The notes below the pieces were generated by a model. It searched no databases. It was not told the DNA's origin and saw only the letters and a program-made list of their open reading frames with translations. The position numbers and the translations under genes are program-made. Positions 54,343 through 64,000 of a DNA stretch of 64,000 nucleotides are shown here, in pieces; positions within the stretch are counted from its first letter, which is position 1; each line of letters starts with the position of its first letter. Location: positions 1,230,201 through 1,294,200 of the forward strand of contig NC_092670.1 of NCBI RefSeq assembly GCF_964355755.1, written 5' to 3'. Origin of the DNA: Antedon mediterranea. Taxonomy: Eukaryota > Animalia > Echinodermata.

Positions 54343-57300
54343 TAACAGCAGAAAACTTGGTTACTTCATTGTTTTAATCACTACAAATTTGTTTCGTACG
54401 ACCAGCATGTAGCTGGCCGCACTCTTCAGGTGAAATATAAAACATAAGTGACACAGTTGTCTCATAGTGCTTAATAGAAGTGAGTCATCGGGAAGTCGTA
54501 TACAATAGCCTATTGTTTTAGATAAACTGTTTGGATCTGCAATTTAGTAAGAATTTTTTCCTATGTCTACAAGTAGAGACTAACTCGTTCTTACGGTTCA
54601 GTGAGCATAGCTCTGGTTGACATATAATAACATACTTTTCATATATACATAAATTACATCTTTTGTTAATATTTGAGTAAGGTTTGCATTTCTTTATAAT
54701 TTTCCATTTAATTGAGTAATTTGTTTTAGAGTCTTTAAGTGTCCATATATATTTACTGAGTTCCGTTGCACTTCTTAATTTTTCGTTCCGGAATGAAGAC
54801 GTATGGTTTCTGTATCTAGTTTTAAACTGGTTTTCAGTTAGTCCGACATATGTTTCTTCTTTTGATGAATCTTCTCTCTTTACTGTAGCTTGGTAAACTA
54901 CACCTTTTGTTAGGCAGTTACCTGGGAGCGGGCATTCATTGGGATTGCGGCAGTTACATCCGCTTGTTTTCGCGTTGGTTTCAGTAGGCTTTTCTTTGGC
55001 TATCACATATTTGTTGTGTGCGTTAATTACTTTGTCTACGCTGGGCATGCAACTATAGCTTAGTTTCAAGGTATTTTTGTTAAATATTTTTCTGAGCTTG
55101 TTGCCGGCAGGAAAACAATCTTCTACTATAGCTAAAAACTTGTGGCCGATGTTGGTTGCTACGTTTTTGCTGAATGGTGGGTTAAACCAAATTATGTTTC
55201 TGGTGCGTGATTTTTTGGGCTTCTGCTGTTCAGCATTGAACTCAAGTTGATGATTGTATCCACTTTCTTTGAGGGCTTCCTGGTATAGGGGTGCGGATGC
55301 ATGAAATGTATCTTTGTCTGATGAGATGTCAGAAAGGCGTCTATTTATAGCAAGTGGGATGTTTCGGATAATAGATGGAGGATGGTTGCTGTCATGGTGC
55401 ACGTAGGTTGGTTTGTTATTAGGCTTAGTGAAAGGTTGGAAGATCCCTGTCCTTAGGTCGAACGTTACATCCAAATAATTGACTATTTTCTTGTTAGCTT
55501 CAATTGTTAGCTTGAGGTTGTTCTCCTGGAAAATTTTACAAATATCTTTCTTGATTAGCTCAATCGTTTTGGCTGATTCGCGAAACGCGGCTAGGCCATC
55601 GTCGCGGTATAGACCAATTTGGTTGCCATATTTGTTAGACAGTTGCGACAAAAGATATGTACCTACGATTTCACAGGTTTCAGCACCATCAAAGCTTCCC
55701 ATTGTGACGTCAAACACAACCTGTGTTTGACGTCACAATGGGAAGCTTTGATGGTGCTGAAACCTGTGAAATCGTAGGTACATATCTTTTGTCGCAACTG
55801 TCTAACAAATATGGCAACCAAATTGGTCTATACCGCGACGATGGCCTAGCCGCGTTTCGCGAATCAGCCAAAACGATTGAGCTAATCAAGAAAGATATTT
55901 GTAAAATTTTCCAGGAGAACAACCTCAAGCTAACAATTGAAGCTAACAAGAAAATAGTCAATTATTTGGATGTAACGTTCGACCTAAGGACAGGGATCTT
56001 CCAACCTTTCACTAAGCCTAATAACAAACCAACCTACGTGCACCATGACAGCAACCATCCTCCATCTATTATCCGAAACATCCCACTTGCTATAAATAGA
56101 CGCCTTTCTGACATCTCATCAGACAAAGATACATTTCATGCATCCGCACCCCTATACCAGGAAGCCCTCAAAGAAAGTGGATACAATCATCAACTTGAGT
56201 TCAATGCTGAACAGCAGAAGCCCAAAAAATCACGCACCAGAAACATAATTTGGTTTAACCCACCATTCAGCAAAAACGTAGCAACCAACATCGGCCACAA
56301 GTTTTTAGCTATAGTAGAAGATTGTTTTCCTGCCGGCAACAAGCTCAGAAAAATATTTAACAAAAATACCTTGAAACTAAGCTATAGTTGCATGCCCAGC
56401 GTAGACAAAGTAATTAACGCACACAACAAATATGTGATAGCCAAAGAAAAGCCTACTGAAACCAACGCGAAAACAAGCGGATGTAACTGCCGCAATCCCA
56501 ATGAATGCCCGCTCCCAGGTAACTGCCTAACAAAAGGTGTAGTTTACCAAGCTACAGTAAAGAGAGAAGATTCATCAAAAGAAGAAACATATGTCGGACT
56601 AACTGAAAACCAGTTTAAAACTAGATACAGAAACCATACGTCTTCATTCCGGAACGAAAAATTAAGAAGTGCAACGGAACTCAGTAAATATATATGGACA
56701 CTTAAAGACTCTAAAACAAATTACTCAATTAAATGGAAAATTATAAAGAAATGCAAACCTTACTCAAATATTAACAAAAGATGTAATTTATGTATATATG
56801 AAAAGTATGTTATTATATGTCAACCAGAGCTATGCTCACTGAACCGTAAGAACGAGTTAGTCTCTACTTGTAGACATAGGAAAAAATTCTTACTAAATTG
56901 CAGATCCAAACAGTTTATCTAAAACAATAGGCTATTGTATACGACTTCCCGATGACTCACTTCTATTAAGCACTATGAGACAACTGTGTCACTTATGTTT
57001 TATATTTCACCTGAAGAGTGCGGCCAGCTACATGCTGGTCGTACGAAACAAATTTGTAGTGATTAAAACAATGAAGTAACCAAGTTTTCTGCTGTTATTT
57101 TATTTATTTATTTATGCTCTACCTTGGTATTGAGCACTCTATCCAAACGGTCTGAAAATTTCAACCTGAATATATATATATATATATATATATACATCAC
57201 AGTCTCAGAATATATACGAAAATGTAATTAATTAAGTTAAAGTTTAATTTTTTAATAAAGACATATTTTACAAATGTTGTTTTCGCAAAGATATATTGTT

Positions 57301-60300
57301 TCTTTATAACTATTAATGCATTTATTTAGTAGCATATTAACTTTCAAAACCCGAAATGAAACACACATTCTTTAATAAAACATTTAACATTTAATTAGTT
57401 TTAAAAACTAATTAAAAATAATTACATTTTTCCAAGAACATTTAATAATCTCAATAATGGGAAATAACAATGCATATTATATCATTAAGACATTTCAAGA
57501 CAATCATTCATTTTTAATTTGTTTTCAATTGAAAGTTGGGGTTAGTTATAAAATAAAATTAAATGAATGCATGCATGCATGATGATGAAAAAGATGGCTA
57601 AAAACGTCATCAAAGACAATATTTGAAGAAAAGTGGATTGTGAAACAATGCAATATCAGCAGCCCATTGCCTTATTTCAAATAAGTGTAAAGTTAAGTTA
57701 CTTTTGTTTTACTTATTTTAAGACTGAGCCAAGTGATGGCCTATGGCAGCTCCGTGATGCACTGTACGGTCCAGATACATTTCTCTTCATGACACCGAAT
57801 ACCTACTCTTCTTTGGCTCAACCAATGTGTGAAACAGCCAATTATTACAATTTAGTACAGGTTAGTAGTTTTAAACTTTTTAGAGATTTCGAATGCCGAT
57901 AATTAACGACTTTTAAACGCGCGCGTCTCCTTTTCTGTTAATGCCGCTATAAAACATATTAGCGGATTTTATACGCGCGCGTCTCTTTTTCTGTTATTGC
58001 CGCTATTAAACATATTAGCGGATTTTATACGCGCGCGTCCCCTTTTCTGTTAATACCACTAACAACCTATTAACGGCTTTTATATGCACGCGTGTTCTTT
58101 TTTTGTTAATGGCACTAAAAACCTATTAACGGCTTTTATACGCGCGCGTCTCCTTTTCAGTTAATACCACTAACAACTAGTTAACGTTTACTAGGTTGCA
58201 TGTTGCACAGAGTCCCCTGCTTTTCAGAATCGTGAACGATATCCACAGTTTTACCACATCGCTAGTGGAATTGACACCATCAACCCAACGCGTGTCGAAT
58301 TACTCAAGATGTTTAACTGGAAAAGAGTTGCTCTCATCTATGAAAATGAAGAATTCTATGATCTGGTAGGATATTTTCATATTGTATTGTACAATTAGGC
58401 GACTGGTGTATGTAGGGCTAGTTTGTTTCGGAGAATGACTTTTGTACAGTAGTACTAAACATATATTTAACTATAACCTTCTAACCCATGTTTTTTCAAC
58501 GTAAAATGAACTACCGAGTGCCACAGTATACTTCTTTTCATTTTTGAAATATAATTTTATTATTTTGATATTTTGTTTCCTTAGAATTTCAAGGCTCTTG
58601 CCGCTGATCTTGAAAGAGAGAACATTGAAGTAGTTACGGTAGAAAACATCGCAGACATCAAATTAGTTAAAACGCATATTTCCAATTTAAAGGTACTATT
58701 AATCATATAGATTGGTTATATGACGCAATTAAAATGCGTATGTGAAACGGAAGTAATTTGACAAATCAAAAACACCCATTACAAAGTACCCATGTAGTAG
58801 TATGCTCCGTGCACAGCGCTCAAATGCAGTACGAGCAACGAAAGTGACTTGAATTTTTCAAAATTTTTAATCAAAAAACACCCATGCAATACTTGAAGGT
58901 CAGTAGGCTCTCACCGCTTAAATGCAGGACTGTACTTCTAAATTTCAAACAAATTATTACATTTTTTTTTTCAGATGCATGATGCACGGATCATAATTGG
59001 TAACTTTTACGAACATATGAATCGTGTCATATTGTGCGAGGTATATTACCATTTGTAATTTTTTTTGTTATTAGCTACATTAATATTATTGTAGAAGTTA
59101 TTTCTACTAAGTTTAATCATGTCATACTATTTATTACATAACCACCATAAGACTAAGCTGAACTATTTCAAATACGGACAAGTCAAATGATATATTTTAA
59201 AATGCATCATAATAATCAAAGTAATAGTGTGCAAATTGGTCACTACTTATATCACTAATTTTAGGCATATCGTCAGGGCCTATATGGTCCTAAATACCAG
59301 TGGATGTTCACGGGATGGCTCCAGGGTCAATGGTGGAGGCAACCAGACGTTAATTGCACTGCCGAAGAAATGGACGCAGTCACAGATGGGTACTTTGGCA
59401 TAAGAGGCCTAGCAATTGCCAATGACTTCAACCTTGTGCACTTTAATGGAGTAGTAAGTAGACCTCCTTAAAGACTTAATAACAACATTGCTATTAATAC
59501 ACTTGTTGTACGACAAGTACTTAATATTAATATTGCATTTTGTCTTAGAAACCATCTGAAGCGGACATTGCCGATTACAATTGGATGAAAGAAAATCCAG
59601 ATTTCAACGAATACGTGTTCCAGACGTACGATGCCTTTATGACAATGGCCCTAACTTTAAATGCATCAATTGACAGGCTTAACAATATGATTCCCTCAAA
59701 ACGACTGGAAGACTTCACCTACGACTATGGACAGGATATTCTTAACATATTTCAGGAGGAGATTCAACGATTGAGTTTTTACGGAATTACGGTGAGTTTT
59801 CATGTTCAAGACAATAAATATTGATATGTAGTTCATTGATTGTAAACCAGAAATTGTAACTGTTTCAAGTCAGTTTCGTCTATCAGCAGTGAACTACTAT
59901 CAATGAACTACAATATACTAATCGAAACCAGAGGAATGTCTTTACTATTAAGACAATGAACAATTGCATCATTTTCCCAATACCATTTAAACAGTCCTTT
60001 CATACAGAAACCATACAATACTAATGTATCTCTACTTTATCAAAACTCTGAGGCAGGGTACCAACGAACTAGAAATGTCCACAACCAAACACGTAAACAA
60101 AAACAAATGTCCGCCGAAATGTTCAAATTGTGTTGGAATAACATGAACAACATTACAGAAAAGTTTAGATAACGAATGTGAATGAATTAGGAAATATGGT
60201 TTTATTTAAAGGGGCCTGTGACATTCTCTGATGCTGGAGGCAGAGTAGCAGACGTGGTCGTGGAACAAGTGCAAGGTAATATAGACGTCACGTGATAAAG

Positions 60301-62773
60301 TCAACAATTCAAGGCATATCTAGAATCTCTAGATTGCCTTTTGTTGATCTATATACAATTTCATTTTTCCATATTTATTTGTGGTTAGTAACAATAATGT
60401 GGACGGTTCCTTTCCAACGAATGGCTTTAGGTTTGTTTGAAGCAACGCAAGTAATTTGATGCGATGGAATATTCGAATTATTCATGTGAACCAATCTATA
60501 GACACCACAATTCCTGACTTATTGTTTTATCAAAAGCACTAGTAGAATAAAAATGTTATTACTTTATTTATTAATTTATTTATAATTCAGATGGTCACCT
60601 GAGGCGAGTACTGGTACACAATCCACGAGACAATATCATTATAGAAATGGAAGGAGAGTTTCTTTGGCAAGGTATGGATTATTTGTGGTGTAAATCTAGC
60701 CTTCTTTATTTGATTAACACAAACATTAACAGAATCTTCAATCAAACAAATGCCAGTTATATTTTGATTAATTAAAACGCACTTACTGATCAAACCAATC
60801 AAAGTCAGCAGCAAGCCTTGGTCAATAAGGTCCCCAATGTAGTCATTAAAGCGCTGGATTTTCTTCTCTTTAAAATTAAAACGTCAATGTGTTGGTTTGG
60901 TAAAACCTAAACATAGCACAGGCAAGGTTATTACACACAAAGTGCTAAGTAGGTAAAAATGAATAGAAAGTAAATAGTCCAAATATATGGAGGTAATTAA
61001 TATTACACATAGGTTGGAATTGGCAATTATCTTTAGTACATAGGTAATTAGTCGGTAATTATATGTTTTAATATCGGTAATGATCTGTTTTAATATCGGT
61101 AATGATCTGTTAAATATCGGTAATTTACACACTTATCAAAGTAAAGTAACACATTAATTGTGTAACAGAAGGCGACTTAGCAGCGCGCGTAACAAACAAA
61201 TACGCGGGTGCCAATCTGAATTTAGAACTATATATTTCAATAATAATTTCTTTCTTTAATTCTTATAAATCATTTCATTTAGATCCTAATATTATTAGTA
61301 GTGAGTTCTGTTGATGGGATAAATCGAAAAGTATGAAATACAAAGTATGGTACTCAATGGCTTATGTTTATTTGCATATCATTACAGGTGATTTGCCACC
61401 AGTAGATGGCATCATTACCAAACAGATTGCTACTGAAGTTTCACCCTGGCTTTTGTACACAGTATTGATTACGTCACCAGTCGGTATAATCCTTGCTATA
61501 GTGTTGCTTTGTTTGCACGTGGTCAATAGGAAAAGACGGTGACTTACAATTTTCTATATATAATAGTGTCATGGGGAAAATGGCAAAAGGCTTCCAACTT
61601 TCTAGGAGTTTGATGTGGTTGAGTTATATTGTTTTGACAACTCTTAACTCACTTAACATGACCACAGCCATATTTCCCTGACTGTAATACAAAAAGTTGG
61701 GTGTAGTCACACAATTCCGAGACAAGTACAAATGTTAGGCAAGATTAAAAGGATTGCTGTCAATACACAGTTTCTGTCAAAAAGGAAAATATTGTTCCAT
61801 ATGCATATATGTTATTAATGATCTAGAAATCCAGCCATGGTATGCAACAATTATTTTACGCAAACGCACAAAACGCACTTATAACTACTAAGCATTTTAA
61901 TCATGTTATTTTTCAGGGTTATCAAGATGTCTGTGATCAGTCTAAACAGTTTAGTCGCCATTGGTTGTATAATGGCGTATATATCTGTGATGCTTATGGT
62001 AGTAGAAAACAGTCTTGTTGTCGACCAAACCAAACTTGCAATCTGTAAGGTAGGCCTAAATATCCTTTGAAGAATAACTTGTTATACTTTAGGCTTATTC
62101 TGGTTTGTGTTAAGTTTAGTTATATATTTTTCAATTAAACCAAATTATGTTATTATTACAGATACGATCATTAATTCTGCCAGTCAGCATATCATTGGCA
62201 TTTGGAGGTCTCTTTGTCAAGTCTTACCGAGTATCTGTTATTTTTAATGCCGTTGACAAGCTAAAGAAAGTTGTAAGTGTTTTTATGGTCATGACTACAT
62301 ATACAGTAGGTCTACAACAATTATCAATTGGTAGGCGTACTTGCATACAGCCATTAGATAGGCCTACGCAACACAAGGACATGCATATACAGTACCTCAC
62401 GTAATTTGACCAATCACAAGCGATGGATCATTTGAAATTTCGATTGATCAAATTTGTGCGTTGCGCATAACAGAACGAGTAGGCGTTTTCTGGCATCGAT
62501 CCTAACTACGTCGTTGTACATAATAGTTGACTATCAGTCCATCTTCATAGAAAAACTGTTTCCGGATTTCCATTTCTACCAAATAAAATTGAAACTTTAT
62601 GACATCCATCGCATCATGTTCTTCATACAAACGTATTTTTATGTCCACAGAATCTGTCTGACAAACGACTGGTTTCAGTAGTGTTCATATTTACAATGAT
62701 TGACCTGTTAATCTTCGTTTGTTGGAACATCATTGACCCCATGACTATCCAGAGTACAGTAGTCAACACAGAG
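52546..62773 (+). CDS. GABA-B receptor-like class C GPCR (Venus flytrap + 7TM), partial; 3' end beyond the window
   Basis: Exons 52546-52785, 57723-57860, 58195-58365, 58585-58692, 58975-59040, 59265-59453, 59549-59791, 60212-60275, 60591-60671, 61388-61538, 61917-62049, 62162-62272, 62651-62773. Signal peptide; ALEFINNSTDILAGYKL; NRERYPQFY; FNWKRVA; DARIIIGNFYE; GLYGPKYQWMFTGW; TYDA; FYGITGPVTF; WQGDLPPVD with no Cys-rich domain; RVIKMS; LAFGGLFVKSYRV; WNIIDPM. Confidence 0.88.
54100..54225 (-). mobile_element. Probable LINE (L2-like) 3' end fragment
   Basis: (ATTG)n tail plus TTTATT next to a short stem-loop region (CCACA...TGTGG). Confidence 0.35.
54378..54433 (-). ncRNA. Minimal type I hammerhead ribozyme (left pLTR)
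   Basis: Reverse complement of 57007-57062. Confidence 0.8.
54518..55717 (-). pseudogene. Truncated PLE ORF, left arm: RT C-terminal half + GIY-YIG endonuclease
   Basis: TMGS (motif B'), YRDD (motif C), VNYLDVT (motif E), YVHHDSNHP thumb, CNCRNPNEC linker, VVY...YVG, R..H, CNLC..EK, LN. The start is a GTG at the truncation point. Confidence 0.9.
55723..56922 (+). pseudogene. Truncated PLE ORF, right arm: RT C-terminal half + GIY-YIG endonuclease
   Basis: 399-aa translation identical to that of the left arm. Confidence 0.9.
57007..57062 (+). ncRNA. Minimal type I hammerhead ribozyme (right pLTR)
   Basis: UCAC-CUGAAGA-[GUGCGGCCAGC uacau GCUGGUCGUAC]-GAA-ACAAAUUUGU-A^GUGA: intact CUGANGA/GAAA core, 11-bp stem II, palindromic stem III, 4-bp stem I, GUA cleavage triplet. 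Confidence 0.8.
57903..58187. repeat. ~56-bp degenerate tandem repeat, ~5 copies
   Basis: TTTTATACGCGCGCGTCTCCTTTTCTGTTAATRCC... fills most of GPCR intron 2. Confidence 0.8.
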
Positions 62774-62792
62774 GTAAGACAAGCTTCTGAAA

Positions 62793-63588
62793 TGTTTGTT
62801 GCGTTATCCTAACACACACTGCTTCATGTTGCCAATTGTTTGTTGCGTTATCCTAACACACACTGCTTCATGTTGCCAATTGTTTGTTGCGTTATCCTAA
62901 CACACACTGCTTCATGTTGCCAATTGTTTGTTGCGTTATCCTAACACACACTGCTTAATGTTGCCAATTGTTTGTTGCGTTATCCTAACACACACTGCTT
63001 CATGTTGCCAATTGTTTGTTGCGTTATCCTAACACACACTGCTTCATGTTGCCAATTGTTTGTTGCGTTATCCTAACACACACTGCTTCATGTTGCCAAT
63101 TGTTTGTTGCGTTATCCTAACACACACTGCTTCATGTTGCCAATTGTTTGTTGCGTTATCCTAACACACACTGCTTCATGTTGCCAATTGTTTGTTGCGT
63201 TATCCTAACACACACTGCTTCATGTTGCCAATAGTTTGTTGCGTTATCCTAACACACACTGCTTCATGTTGCCAATTGTTTGTTGCGTTATCCTAACACA
63301 CACTGCTTCATGTTGCCAATTGTTTGTTGCGTTGTCCTAACACACACTGCTTCATGTTGCCAATTGTTTGTTGCGTTATCCTAACACACACTGCTTGATG
63401 TTGCCAATTGTTTGTTGCGTTATCCTAACACACACTGCTTGATGTTGCCAATTGTTTGTTGCGTTATCCTAACACACACTGCTTCATGTTGCCAATTGTT
63501 TGTTGCGTTATCCTAACACACACTGCTTCATGTTGCCAATTGTTTGTTGCGTTATCCTAACACACACTGCTTCATGTTGCCAATTGTT
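62793..63588. repeat. 44-bp minisatellite, ~18 copies
   Basis: TGTTTGTTGCGTTATCCTAACACACACTGCTTCATGTTGCCAAT. Confidence 0.97.
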
Positions 63589-63672
63589 TTCGCTTATAAA
63601 GTTTAGTCTACATTAGAAACTCAACAGAACTTTAGGTTGTAGAGGTTTTCCCTGTCTAGATTAGTTACTGGA

Positions 63673-64000
63673 GTCTGTGTTTATCTGGACGATAACATGA
63701 CTGTAAAGCACTCAAAGACTGTGATGTGACTAGTTAGGTCTGTGTTTATCTGGACGATAACATGACTGTAAAGCACTCAAAGACTGTGATGTGACTAGTT
63801 AGGTCTGTCTCTATCTGGACGATAACATGACTGTAAAGCACTCAAAGACTGTGATGTGACTAGTTAGGTCTGTGTTTATCTGGACGATAACATGACTGTA
63901 AAGCACTCAAAGACTGTGATGTGACTAGTTAGGTCTGTGTTTATCTGGACGATAACATGACTGTAAAGCACTCAAAGACTGTGATGTGACTAGTTAGGTC
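63673..64000. repeat. 65-bp minisatellite, 5+ copies, runs off the window
   Basis: GTCTGTGTTTATCTGGACGATAACATGACTGTAAAGCACTCAAAGACTGTGATGTGACTAGTTAG. Confidence 0.95.

Larger units (their letters stand above)
54329..57170. mobile_element. Penelope-like retroelement (PLE), 5'-truncated and present as a head-to-head inverted duplication
   Basis: Arms 54329-55718 and 55722-57111 are reverse complements around spacer ACC; the right arm extends about 59 bp further; (TA)n on both flanks; RT + GIY-YIG ORF and hammerhead in each arm. Confidence 0.93.

Noticed and set aside
55479-55961. Twin 83-aa ORFs crossing the palindrome centre
   Set aside because: Antisense frames of the PLE ORF, duplicated by the palindrome.
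54518-56922. Two intact 399-aa genes under a shared promoter
   Set aside because: Only 5 bp separate them, both start at a GTG at the truncation point, and the N-terminal RT motifs are missing.

Overview
AT-rich, intron-containing animal genomic DNA; gene content and repeats suggest a marine invertebrate deuterostome, possibly an echinoderm (inference). Genes in order: 3' half of a Na+/Ca2+ exchanger (SLC8/NCX, +), an unidentified Lys/Asp-rich exon (+), DCXR (-), CDR2/CDR2L-like (+), CLCN7 (-), POLR3H (+), FBXL16 (-) and the 5' part of a divergent GABA-B-type class C GPCR (+, runs off the window). The most striking non-genic structure is a 2.8 kb apparently perfect palindrome in GPCR intron 1: a 5'-truncated Penelope-like retroelement (RT C-terminus + GIY-YIG) folded back on itself around a 3-nt spacer, inserted in (TA)n, with a minimal hammerhead ribozyme on each arm. 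Also present: a 370-bp (TA)n-flanked, direct-repeat-bounded element carrying a full tRNA-like cloverleaf; a Helentron/DINE-like element; several Harbinger- and Tc2-type MITEs, one seeding a tandem array; two U12-type introns; and several minisatellites. All coordinates were read by eye and may be off by a few bases.
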